From positions 544,001 through 608,000 of the forward strand of contig CBDBKE010000003.1 in assembly GCA_965206645.1 (NCBI GenBank): a DNA stretch of 64,000 nt, written 5' to 3'. Positions 45,147 through 57,535 of this stretch are shown piece by piece. A model generated the notes under the pieces. The model was not told the DNA's origin, did no database searches, and was given only the letters and a program-made list of their open reading frames with translations. A program made the position numbers and the translations under genes. The DNA comes from Terriglobia bacterium (lineage in GTDB: Bacteria > Acidobacteriota > Terriglobia > JAJPHL01 > JAPKYU01). How positions within the stretch are numbered: the stretch's first letter is position 1; every line of letters begins with the position of its first letter.

Positions 45147-45203
45147 TTATTTGCGTTTCTTCTTTGCTTTCTTCACTGCTTTCTTCTTTGCTGTCTTCTT
45201 CAT
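45147..45203 (-). CDS. 18-aa Lys/Ala-rich micropeptide MKKTAKKKAVKKAKKKRK
   Basis: AAGGAGG at 45213-45219, ATG at 45203, TAA at 45147; isolated unit with a terminator downstream. Confidence 0.7.
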   Translation of the reverse strand: MKKTAKKKAVKKAKKKRK

Positions 45204-45558
45204 GCTGCGCATCCTCCTTCGCTAAATTCTCCCTAATGTGAGCCGATGGGTCTCTTTCCCGCCGGCGGGAAATACTCAACATGTTGAGCCTTCCCCGAGA
45301 TTAGCCACAGTGTACAGACTTGCGGCTCCCTCTTGTCAAGAACAAAATTCGACAAAGATGTTTTATGGCAACGGCGCGCTTTTGCCAAACCCATTCGTCG
45401 CTGTTAGCACTCCGCCAACCTTTTGGTTGCCGAAGTGGGCTCGAACTTCTTAGGTGAGAGAGCCGGATGGCCACGGCTAGACGGGGGGGGGCCAGAAGCA
45501 AGGGCGGGCTGCGCGGATTTTTCCCGGTGTCTGGCAACTGCCAGTTGACAACCAGTAG

Positions 45559-45587
45559 TTGACAAGCGGCCAGGTGCGTTCTATGGT
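45559..45587 (+). promoter_or_regulatory. sigma70 promoter of the porin operon
   Basis: TTGACA (45559-45564), 17-bp spacer, TATGGT (45582-45587). Confidence 0.65.
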
Positions 45588-45596
45588 TCGTGAACC

Positions 45597-47009
45597 ATGG
45601 TATTGTTCATTTTTGAACCCAGGTTAAAGAAAATTGTAACAGCCTGGCTCTTCTTCCTGCTTGCCGGTGCAGCCGTTGCGCAGCAATCCGCGGACCCGGC
45701 CCCGGGCCCGCAAGCGCGTATCCGCGCTCTGGAGGAGCAGGTGCGCCAGTTGGAAGAACGGCTCGCCCGGCTGGAGGCGGGCACTGCGCCGCCACAGGCG
45801 GCGGTTGCCGTCTCGGCTCCGGCGCCGTCAACTGGGGTGGCTCCCGAGGTTCCCGTGTTGCCGCCCGGGGTTCCCGTGTCGCCGGTGGAAGCGCCTGCCA
45901 GCGCCGCTGCGCCGGTGCAGGCTATTTCTGTGACTGCCACCTCCCCTCCGATCGATGATTCCGAGGAAAGCGTCCGGCTGCCCTTCGCAGGCTACATGGA
46001 ATTTCATCTGAACAAGCCTCGCGGGGAATCCGGCCAGTTCGACTTTCACCGGTTCGTGCTGCTGTTCGGTCACAGTTTTTCCTCGCGCATCAAGTTCTGG
46101 TCAGAGCTGGAGCTGGAACACTCCTTGGTTGAAGGCGGCGAAGAAAAGGGGGAGCTGGAGTTGGAGCAGGCCTACCTGGATTTCCACCTGAATCCCTACT
46201 TCAACCTGCGCGGGGGAATGGTGCTGGCGCCGATGGGGGTGATCAACGAGCGGCACGAGCCGCCTGCCTTCTTTGGAGTCGAGCGCCCGATGGTGGACAC
46301 GGTGATCATCCCCAGCACCTGGTTTGATCTCGGCGTGGGAGCTTGGGGGGATTTGGGGCGGGGCTTCACCTATCGTTTCTACCTGATGTCACCGCTCGAC
46401 GCCGCCGGCTTTAGCGCGGACGAGGGTCTGCGCGGCGGCCGCCAGAAAGGCTCCCGCTCCAACCTGCGCAACGTGGCCAGTACGGCGCGAGTGGAATACC
46501 GCGGCATCCCTCGGCTGACGCTGGGCGGCAGCATCTGGGCGGGCCGCACCGGGTTCGACACGCCAGACCTCAACGTGCCGGTGCGCCTGGGGAGCTTTGA
46601 CGGGCGCTACTCCTGGCATCGCCTGGAGTTCCGCGGCCAGTACGCGCATGGATGGATGCGGGAAGCGGGATTGCTCAACCGCGTGCTGCAACGCCGCCGC
46701 GGCACCAACCCCAACATCGCCCGTCAGATTCGTGGCTTCTACCTGGAAGGCGGCGTCTACCTGTTGCCGTTCCACAGTTCCCAGAATCTGGCGGTGTTCA
46801 CCCGCTACGAGAATTTCGACACGCAGTACCGGATGCCGGTTGGATTCTTGCCTCTGAAGCAGTTCGACCGCTCGAGCTGGACGGTGGGCGCCAGCTACTT
46901 CCCTCATCCGGATGTGGTGTTCAAGGCCGACTACGTCTTCAACCGCAACGCCAGTCAGGTGATCGGCACCCGGGACCAGTTCAATCTTGGCCTCGGCTGG
47001 TGGTTCTAG
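45597..47009 (+). CDS. Outer-membrane porin (OprO/P-like) with N-terminal coiled coil
   Basis: Signal peptide, coiled coil, SELELEH, LEQAYLD, INERHEP, terminal aromatic GLGWWF. Confidence 0.8.
   Translation: MVLFIFEPRLKKIVTAWLFFLLAGAAVAQQSADPAPGPQARIRALEEQVRQLEERLARLEAGTAPPQAAVAVSAPAPSTGVAPEVPVLPPGVPVSPVEAPASAAAPVQAISVTATSPPIDDSEESVRLPFAGYMEFHLNKPRGESGQFDFHRFVLLFGHSFSSRIKFWSELELEHSLVEGGEEKGELELEQAYLDFHLNPYFNLRGGMVLAPMGVINERHEPPAFFGVERPMVDTVIIPSTWFDLGVGAWGDLGRGFTYRFYLMSPLDAAGFSADEGLRGGRQKGSRSNLRNVASTARVEYRGIPRLTLGGSIWAGRTGFDTPDLNVPVRLGSFDGRYSWHRLEFRGQYAHGWMREAGLLNRVLQRRRGTNPNIARQIRGFYLEGGVYLLPFHSSQNLAVFTRYENFDTQYRMPVGFLPLKQFDRSSWTVGASYFPHPDVVFKADYVFNRNASQVIGTRDQFNLGLGWWF
45613..45628. promoter_or_regulatory. 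Candidate DtxR/MntR-family operator
   Basis: Imperfect palindrome TTGAACCCAGGTTAAA (12/16 positions symmetric) in AT-rich flanks just downstream of the promoter. Confidence 0.5.
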
Positions 47010-47080
47010 AAAATTGGATCAGTGAGGATTGGTTCATTGACGATTGGAGCTTTCGAATTTCTTCTGATGGAGGCAACCAG

Positions 47081-47434
47081 GTGATTCCCTACGCAGTACC
47101 GGTGTTGCTGTTGTTCCTGCTGGGCCAGGCGGGGCCGGAGCCGGCGGAGCGTGAGCCGAAGCGCGTGTGCCTGCGCGCAGAACGCTTTAGCTTCACACCT
47201 TCGCGGATCAAGCTGCAGAAGGGGCAGCCGCTGGAGCTGACGATCGTCAGCGAGGATACCCAGCACGGGTTCTGGATTCGCAAGCTAGGGATCAACTATT
47301 TGATCCCGGCCCGCGGCAAGGGAGAACTGAAGCTGAAGATCCCGCCGCTCGAGCGCGGCCAGTATGTCATCGAATGCTCGCGTGCTTGCGGCGCCGGGCA
47401 CAACATGATGCGGGGCGTGATCATGGTCAAGTGA
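47081..47434 (+). CDS. Small secreted cupredoxin with CuA-type motif
   Basis: GTG after GGAGG; DTQHGF and CSRACGAGHNMM (CxxxCxxxHxxM). Confidence 0.85.
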   Translation: MIPYAVPVLLLFLLGQAGPEPAEREPKRVCLRAERFSFTPSRIKLQKGQPLELTIVSEDTQHGFWIRKLGINYLIPARGKGELKLKIPPLERGQYVIECSRACGAGHNMMRGVIMVK

Positions 47435-47556
47435 AGAGGAAAGGCAAAGGTCGGAAAGCTTGGGCTGCGAGCAGCAAGCATCAGCAAGTGGCTCCTTGCG
47501 GTACGACAGCGCGGTACGACTGCGATGACGGCGGGTTTTGGGCAAAGGAGGCAAAG

Positions 47557-48774
47557 ATGACCAGCAAGGTGCTGGGCTTGGGGCTGTTGCTTGTCGTACT
47601 GCTGGCAGCTCCGGGGGTGTACTGGCTCGGCGGTTCCTCGGGAGGCGCCCGCGCCGCCGTAGGGGTGGGCGAGCCGCAGTTCGGCGACCCCGTGCCCGGC
47701 CTGACTCCGTTTGAATTCGAGCTGTTCCGGTTGGGCCTGGAGGATTTCCTGGAGGTGGAGGAGCCGGAGGATGGGCTGGGTCCGGTCTTCAACGGGCGCT
47801 CCTGCGCCGAATGCCACAGCATTCCGGCCGTCGGCGGTTCCGGCACAATCCTGGAACTCCGGGCTGGGCTCCGTAACGAGGATGGCAGTTACACCGAGCT
47901 GCCCGGCGGCTCTGTCTTTCAGCTCTTCTCCATCCCGCCGCACGGCTGCCACAAGCTGATTCCGCCGGAGGCCAACGTGTTTTCACGACGCAAGTCGCTG
48001 CCGCTGTTTGGCAACGGGTTGATCGAAGCGATTCCTGAAGAGGTGCTGCTGCTGCACGCTGCCGCCAACCAATTCCATCCGGATGGCATCGGCGGGCGCC
48101 CGCACATGGTGGTGGACGTCTCGACCGACACAACCCGCGTGGGCCGCTTCGGCTGGAAGGCGCAGCAGGCCACTCTGTTCACCTTCGGCGCCGAAGCCTA
48201 CCTGGAGGAGATGGGCATCACCAGCGACGTGTTCCCCCAAGAAGTGGAGGCGGGCTTCGACGACCCACGCAAGACGCGCGACTGCGACCCGCGCCCCGAT
48301 CCTGAGGATGCGCGCGAACCGCTGACAGGCCTGCGCGGCATTGATAACTTCGGAAATTTCCTGCGGATGCTGGGTTCGCCTCCCCGTGGGCCGCAAGACG
48401 CGTTGACCGCGGCCGGCGCACAGGTTTTCGAGCAGATCGGCTGCGCTGCCTGCCACCTCCCGGTAATGCTTACGGGTCCGGCGATGCAGCCGTGGCTGGA
48501 CCGCCAGCCCGTGCGGCTTTACTCCGACCTGCTGTTGCACGACATCGGCACCGGCGACGGGTTGCCGCAAGGTGACGCTTCCGGCGATGAGTTCCGTACA
48601 GCGCCCCTTTGGGGGCTGCGGGTGCGCTCCCCGTTTCTCCACGACGGCCGGGCGCCGAGCATTGAGCAGGCCATTCGTATGCACAAAAACCAGGCCGAGC
48701 AAAGCGGCCGTCGCTTTGAGGCTTTAGCAGAGCAGGAGCGCGCTACTTTGCTACAATTCCTGAAGTCGCTGTAG
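47557..48774 (+). CDS. Di-heme oxidoreductase-like protein (DUF1111/DHOR)
   Basis: GLGPVFN..CAECH, GRFGWKA, CAACH, YSDLLLHD, RTAPLWG, LHDGRA; AAGGAGG RBS. Confidence 0.9.
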   Translation: MTSKVLGLGLLLVVLLAAPGVYWLGGSSGGARAAVGVGEPQFGDPVPGLTPFEFELFRLGLEDFLEVEEPEDGLGPVFNGRSCAECHSIPAVGGSGTILELRAGLRNEDGSYTELPGGSVFQLFSIPPHGCHKLIPPEANVFSRRKSLPLFGNGLIEAIPEEVLLLHAAANQFHPDGIGGRPHMVVDVSTDTTRVGRFGWKAQQATLFTFGAEAYLEEMGITSDVFPQEVEAGFDDPRKTRDCDPRPDPEDAREPLTGLRGIDNFGNFLRMLGSPPRGPQDALTAAGAQVFEQIGCAACHLPVMLTGPAMQPWLDRQPVRLYSDLLLHDIGTGDGLPQGDASGDEFRTAPLWGLRVRSPFLHDGRAPSIEQAIRMHKNQAEQSGRRFEALAEQERATLLQFLKSL

Positions 48775-48882
48775 GGCTGCCATAAGAGGCCGCCATATCG
48801 CCCGGGTGCCGGATGGGTTGTCCGGCTGGGTTGCCCAGCACGGAAGCCGGGCGCTACATTAGGTTGCAGGAAGGAGGCTGGC

Positions 48883-49572
48883 ATCAGGGGCAAACGCAGA
48901 CCGCCGCGGGTCCCGCTGGGAGAGGCCGTTGAAGACTACCTGAAGACGGTCTATCAGCTCACGGTCGGGGAAACACCGGTCTCGACCAGCGCTCTGGCTG
49001 AGGCGCTGGAGGTGTCGCCGGCCGCCGTCACCAAGATGCTCCGCCGCCTCGGCGCCCTGCGGCTGGTGCATCACTCCCGCTACCGTGGTGTCCGCTTGAC
49101 GACGGCGGGGCGGCGAGTGGCTCTTGAAATCGTTCGGCATCACCGCCTGCTGGAACTTTACCTCAGCCACGCGCTCGGCTATCCGCTGGAGCGCGTACAC
49201 GCGGAAGCGGAAATCCTGGAGCACGCCATCTCGGAAGATTTCGAAGAAAGCATTGACCGCCTGCTGGGCCACCCACAGATGGATCCGCACGGCGATCCCA
49301 TTCCCACGCGCTCCGGCTCTATCCCCAAGATCCTGGGCGGAATGCTGGCGGATGCCGAAGTGGGCGAAAAACTGGAGGTCTGCCGCGTGCGCGATAATGA
49401 CGGGGAACTGCTGCAGTACCTGGTTTCGCTGGGATTGGTCCCGAAGACCCGGCTGGAAGTGGTGGAAAAGCTTCCCTTTGGCGGCCCCGTGAGGGTGCGC
49501 GTCGGCGGCACCGGCGTCGAGCAGTTCGTTGGCCACGAGGCTGCCTGCAGCGTCTTCGTCGAGCGCCGCTGA
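48883..49572 (+). CDS. DtxR/MntR family metal-dependent repressor with C-terminal FeoA domain
   Basis: EDYLKTVY, VTKMLRRL, RHHRLLELYL, AEILEH, DPHGDPIP; frame is open upstream of the tracked GTG and the RBS points to ATC at 48883. Confidence 0.9.
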   Translation: MRGKRRPPRVPLGEAVEDYLKTVYQLTVGETPVSTSALAEALEVSPAAVTKMLRRLGALRLVHHSRYRGVRLTTAGRRVALEIVRHHRLLELYLSHALGYPLERVHAEAEILEHAISEDFEESIDRLLGHPQMDPHGDPIPTRSGSIPKILGGMLADAEVGEKLEVCRVRDNDGELLQYLVSLGLVPKTRLEVVEKLPFGGPVRVRVGGTGVEQFVGHEAACSVFVERR

Positions 49573-49640
49573 AAGAAGCGCTGGGCACGGTTCCGTTCCT
49601 GTTCGCCCTTCCTTAACCTTTCTGGCACTATAATTTCTTT

Positions 49641-50075
49641 ATGCTCGCGCCGATTCTGCTTTCCCTGTTGTTGCTACAGGAAAAGCCCCCTCAGGACCCG
49701 CCCCAAGAGCCGGCAAAGAAGAAGCCGGAAGTAGTGCTCGTCGACCCCAGCGCGCCCAGCTCCGAGCCGGATGGCGAAACGACGGTGGAGTACGCCTTGA
49801 ATCCCCGCCAGGCGAAGAAAGAGATGAAGGTCGGCAATTTCTACCTGAGAAAGGGCAAGTACACCGCCGCAGTGGCGCGCTTCCGGGAAGCCCTGAAGTG
49901 GCATCCGCGCCTGGCGGCGGCATATTTCAAGCTGGGACGAGCCTATGAGGAGCGGGGCGAGCTGAGGAATGCCCTGGAGAGCTATCAGAAGTATCTGGAG
50001 CTGGAACCCAAGAGGAAGAAAGCCAAGAAGGTTCGCAAAGCTATTGCCCGCCTGGAGCGCGAACTGAAGCAGTAG
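49641..50075 (+). CDS. Secreted TPR protein
   Basis: VGNFYLRKG, AYFKLG, YQKYLELEP; TATAAT at 49629-49634 suggests a leaderless transcript. Confidence 0.8.
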   Translation: MLAPILLSLLLLQEKPPQDPPQEPAKKKPEVVLVDPSAPSSEPDGETTVEYALNPRQAKKEMKVGNFYLRKGKYTAAVARFREALKWHPRLAAAYFKLGRAYEERGELRNALESYQKYLELEPKRKKAKKVRKAIARLERELKQ

Positions 50076-50192
50076 CGTCCTGCTCAGAACTGCGAGGAGC
50101 GTTTGGCCAGTTTGCGGCGCAAGGCCGCCAGCCGCGACTGCCTCGCCATTCTCTTCCCCCATGGCCTAGGCCTGTGCCAAACTGCTTGCCGC

Positions 50193-51167
50193 ATGCGGAT
50201 CGTGCTGACCGGAGCGGCCGGCCTCATCGGCTCCCACCTTAGCGATTTGCTGCTGGCACGCGGCGATGAGGTGGTCGGGGTGGACAACTTCCTGACCGGT
50301 GTTCCAGAGAACCTGGCGCACCTCGCCTCCCAGCCCCGCTGGCAGTTCCGCGAGCACGACCTGGTGGAGCCTCTGCAGGTAAAGGGTCCGGTGGATTGGG
50401 TTCTGAACCTGGCTTTGCCCGCCAGTCCTGCCGACTACCTCCGACATGGTCTGGAGACGTTGCGGGTGGGCTCGCTGGGCACACAGAATGAGCTGGAGTT
50501 GGCGCGGGAAAAAGGAGCGCGCTTCCTGCAGGCCTCGACCTCGGAGTGCTACGGCGACCCGGAGGTGCGTCCGCAGCCAGAAACCTATTGGGGGAACGTT
50601 AATCCGGTCGGGCCGCGCTCGGTGTACGACGAGGCCAAGCGCTACGGCGAGGCCCTGACCATGGCCTACCACCGCTACAGCGGGCTGGACACGCGCATTG
50701 TGCGCATCTTCAATACCTACGGGCCGCGCATGAAGCTGGGCGACGGGCGCGTGATTCCCAATCTGTTCCAGCAGGCGCTCTCCGGCCAGCCGCTGACGGT
50801 CTACGGCGATGGGACGCAAACCCGCAGCTTCTGCTACATCTCCGACCTGGTGGAGGGCATGACCCGCGCGATGGCCAGGGCAATGGAGCGCCCGGAGCAC
50901 CTGCCCATCAATCTGGGCAATCCACAGGAGATGAGCATCCTGGAACTGGTCCGGCTGGTTCAGTCGCTCACCGGCAACCGTTCGGGCATCAAGTTCCGCC
51001 CGCTGCCGGAAGACGACCCCAGGCACCGCTGCCCGGATATTTCCCGCGCGCGCCAGTTGCTCGGCTGGGAGCCCCGTGTAGGGCTGGAAGAGGGGTTGCG
51101 CCTGACCCTGGAGTTAAGGTCAGCCAGCGGACCGCCTAGCGGCCGGCTAGGGCGAACTGCGTCGTAG
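50193..51167 (+). CDS. UDP-glucuronate decarboxylase-like SDR epimerase
   Basis: [37 protein letters not shown]. Confidence 0.92.
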   Translation: MRIVLTGAAGLIGSHLSDLLLARGDEVVGVDNFLTGVPENLAHLASQPRWQFREHDLVEPLQVKGPVDWVLNLALPASPADYLRHGLETLRVGSLGTQNELELAREKGARFLQASTSECYGDPEVRPQPETYWGNVNPVGPRSVYDEAKRYGEALTMAYHRYSGLDTRIVRIFNTYGPRMKLGDGRVIPNLFQQALSGQPLTVYGDGTQTRSFCYISDLVEGMTRAMARAMERPEHLPINLGNPQEMSILELVRLVQSLTGNRSGIKFRPLPEDDPRHRCPDISRARQLLGWEPRVGLEEGLRLTLELRSASGPPSGRLGRTAS

Positions 51168-51175
51168 GGGCAGTG

Positions 51176-51838
51176 CTACGGATCGGCGGATTCCGAGCGA
51201 AGGGCGTCCAGCAGGGCGCGCGTGCGCGGGGCGGGTGCAGCTTCGCGGGCAAAGCGCATCAGGTCTTTCCATTCATCCAGGTCGTAGCAGGGGGCCAGCG
51301 ACGCGATCGCGAGGCCGGCGGCAGCGGCGGCTGCGCACGTCTGCTGGAAGACGCGAGCGCTTCCCCATTCCACCCCAGCAAACACCGCAGGTGAAAACCG
51401 CCCCGCTCGGCAACCCACCAGGTAATACCCGCCATCATCGGTTGGACCCAGCACCAGGTCGGCGGTGTCCAGTGCCTCGACAGCTTCCGAGATGCGCGAC
51501 GGAGGTAGGTGCGGGCTGTCGCTGCCCAGCACGATCGCTTTCTCGGTGCCCCCGGCGAAAGCGTCTTCAATGGCGGCGACCAGCCGTGCCCCCAGATCCC
51601 CCTCGGCCTGGCGTCCGACTTCGATGCTCTTGGGAAAGGCCATCGTCGCCGGCGCTTCGCTGAACAGGATGCGGCGCTGGGCCTCCAGGGGCAGGGTGGC
51701 GACCATGGCGGCCGTATCGGAGATCATGGCCTGGTGCAGTTCGGCGGATTGCTGGGCGGTCAGACGCCCGATCAGCCGCGTCTTGACTCGCCCGGCGGCG
51801 GGCGTCCGCGCGAACACGATCACCTCCAGCGCAACCAC
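51176..51838 (-). CDS. DUF2064/TIGR04282-type glycosyltransferase-like protein
   Basis: GRVKTRL, GDLGARL, GSDSP, GPTDDGGYYL, DLD. Confidence 0.85.
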   Translation of the reverse strand: MVALEVIVFARTPAAGRVKTRLIGRLTAQQSAELHQAMISDTAAMVATLPLEAQRRILFSEAPATMAFPKSIEVGRQAEGDLGARLVAAIEDAFAGGTEKAIVLGSDSPHLPPSRISEAVEALDTADLVLGPTDDGGYYLVGCRAGRFSPAVFAGVEWGSARVFQQTCAAAAAAGLAIASLAPCYDLDEWKDLMRFAREAAPAPRTRALLDALRSESADP

Positions 51839-52131
51839 CCGGCCAGCTTAGCAAATGTTCCTGGGTTTCCCAGGCCTTACGGCCTGGGCCATTTTCTTTC
51901 GCTCCGGGGAGCTTGAATCTCGCGAGAAATTCCGACTAGCGGAAGTAATACCGGAGCGAAATTAGGATGACCGCCAGGACGACGGCAAGTACCGCCTGCC
52001 GGTGGCCAGGTCCACTGCTGGCAGTGGAGAGGGATGAAGAGATGCGCTTGCCGGAGAGGCACCCCTATTGCTTAGCGATATAATAAAGAATTGCCCTGGC
52101 GCTGGGATTTTGCGCAGGGGACTCGGCTCAG

Positions 52132-55121
<2,990 letters not shown>

Positions 55122-55125
<4 letters not shown>

Positions 55126-56453
55126 GTGCAATCCAACTCGATTACGGCAGGCTTTGGCGGAGCGCGGCCTGTGTGGTGCTTCTGGGAAGCTGCCTGTTTG
55201 CCTCCCAAGACAAGCCTGCCGAAGGGCCGGTCTCCCAGGAAGCGATCATAGAAGACGCCATCGTAAAAGCCGAAAAGGCACTGGACGCCAAGGACTACGC
55301 CGCCGCCGTGACGCTCCTGAAGGAGCTTACGGCGCAGGAGCCAAAGAATGACCGTGCCTGGTTTGATCTGGCCTACGCGCACACCATGCTGGGGGAGCGC
55401 GGCGAGGCGATTGCCGCCTACAAGAAAGCCCTGGAGCTTCGGCCGAAACTCACTCAGGGCAGCCTGAACCTGGGAATCCTGCTGTTGGAAGAGAAGCAGG
55501 CGGCTGAAGCGGTCCAGCATCTGGAGGTAGTGGTGGCCGCCCGTCCCAAGGACGCCCCGGCCCACTTGCTGCTGGCCGACGCGGTCGCGGCCAGTGGCGA
55601 CTCGGCCCAGGCGGTTGAGCACTACCGCAAAACCCTCGCCCTGGACCCCAAGTCCCACCCGGCCCACTACGCCTTGGGCAGGCTGCTGGTGGAGCTGAAA
55701 AAGCTTGAGGAAGCTGAGCAGCATCTAGCCCAGGCCATCCAGTTGGAGCCGACAGACACCACGGCCCGTGTGGAAATGGCGCGGCTGTTGGAGCGGACCG
55801 GACGAGAAGAGGAGGCCCAGCGGTCCTATGCCGAATTGGTCGAGCGCGAGCCCTCCAATGTGGCCGTGCGCCGCCGCCTGGGAGCGCTGTTGCTAGCGAA
55901 CGGGCAGTACGCGGAGGCGGCGGCCCAGTATGAGGCAGCGGCGCAGATAAAGCCCTCGCCCGAAAACGATTGGAACCTGGCACGCGCCTACGTTGGGGCG
56001 GAACGGGCAAAGGATGCCACTCCGCTGCTGCAAAAGCTGGCTGCCGCCGATCCCCGCAACTACGATGTCCGCCTGCTGCTTGGAAATATGCTGAAGGCAC
56101 AACGGAATTTCCCGGCAGCCCAGAAGGAGCTGGAGGCTGCCGTCGCTCTGCGGCCCGATCTGCCTAATGCGTATGTGGATCTGGCGAATGTCTTGTACCT
56201 GCAACAGAATTTGCCTGCCGCGTTGGTGATGCTGGATCGTGTGGCGCGCGTGGCGCCGGAGACCCCTTGGTTGCACTTCCTTCGCGCCATCAGCCTGGAT
56301 AAACTGGATCACGTGGAGCGGGCCGTGAATAGCTACGAGCGCTTCTTGGCCATCAGTCACGACCAATTTCCCAACCAGGAATTTCAGGCCCGTCAGCGCA
56401 TCAAGATCTTGAAGCGACGTCTGCAACGAGGCGACAAGGGGAAAAGACGGTGA
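55122..56453 (+). CDS. Secreted TPR protein
   Basis: Signal peptide and many TPR-like repeats; ATGA overlap with uvrA. Confidence 0.85.
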
Positions 56454-56950
56454 GCTTCCTCAGGAGCCAAACCTTCCGGGTAGCGGCCTTGCTGGCCCTG
56501 GTGCTGGCCCTGGCCGCCGCGCTGGCGGTCGCCGGCGACCGTGCTGCCGGCGACCGTGCTAAGGTCGAAGCCAAGCTGGCCCGGCAGTATGACCCCATTA
56601 AGAAGGCCCGCCTCGAAGTGCAACTGGCCGAAATCAGCTTCAAAGAGGCTCGCAAGCTGTATCTGGAGGGCGACTCGGAGAGTGGGCTGGAGAAACTGAA
56701 GGAGATGCTTTCTTGGAGCGAGAAAGCGCACGACCGGTTGTTTAAGACCGGGCGCAATCCTCGCAAGAAGCCAGGCGGCTTCAAGGACGCCGAGATCACG
56801 CTCCGCAAACTGGAACGCCGGCTAGCGAACTTTCGCCTGGCGGTGCCTCTTCATGATCGCGAAGAAATTCAAAAGATCACCGCCCGCCTAACCAAACTCC
56901 GCGAGGACCTGCTGCTGGGCATCATGAGAGGGAAGGAGAAGAAAAAATGA
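56450..56950 (+). CDS. Hypothetical secreted helical protein
   Basis: Signal peptide; 4-bp overlaps with both neighbours. Confidence 0.7.
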   Translation: MSFLRSQTFRVAALLALVLALAAALAVAGDRAAGDRAKVEAKLARQYDPIKKARLEVQLAEISFKEARKLYLEGDSESGLEKLKEMLSWSEKAHDRLFKTGRNPRKKPGGFKDAEITLRKLERRLANFRLAVPLHDREEIQKITARLTKLREDLLLGIMRGKEKKK

Positions 56951-57474
56951 GTCCTCACCCCGCGGCGCTAGTGCTGGCCGTCGCGCTGGCTCTGCCCGTG
57001 CAGGCGCAGTGGCGTGAGTTCCTGACCCCCGGCGAAATCAGCGAGATTCGCAAGGCCCAGGAACCGAACATGCGCCTGAAGCTGTATGCGGGATTTGCGA
57101 GGCAGCGGTTGGCTGCAGTGGAGAAGGAACTGGCTGGCAAAGATGCCCGTCGCGCGCGGCGAATTCACGCCAGCCTTTCGGAATACGACCAAATCCTTGA
57201 CGCCATTGAGGCGAACGTCGAGCAAGCCGTGGACCGGCGCGATCCTGTGCGCAAGGGAGTAGAACGGGTGCTGAAGGCCGAGCCCGAATTCCTGAAGCTG
57301 CTGGAATCCTTCCGGGCCCTCAACCCCAAGGACTTGATCGACTACCGCTTTATCCTGGACCAGACGATTGACACTACCCGGGACAGTATGCAGCGGTTGC
57401 GGAAGGTTCTGGAGAAGATGCCCAAAGGAAAGAAGCAGAAAAGAAAGCGAGCGGAAGAAGCCCAACAGGACTAA
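56947..57474 (+). CDS. Hypothetical secreted helical protein
   Basis: Signal peptide; FLT..E..IR..QEP..RL.LY motif. Confidence 0.7.
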   Translation: MSPHPAALVLAVALALPVQAQWREFLTPGEISEIRKAQEPNMRLKLYAGFARQRLAAVEKELAGKDARRARRIHASLSEYDQILDAIEANVEQAVDRRDPVRKGVERVLKAEPEFLKLLESFRALNPKDLIDYRFILDQTIDTTRDSMQRLRKVLEKMPKGKKQKRKRAEEAQQD

Positions 57475-57535
57475 TCACTGGACTGGCTGTCGACCTCCAC
57501 CCGCTCGATGTTCGGCGAAGGCGAGGATGGCGGTT

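Noticed and set aside
46652-47080. N-terminal part of the 260-aa ORF
   Set aside because: Overlaps the porin in another frame; the cupredoxin starts at GTG 47081 with an RBS
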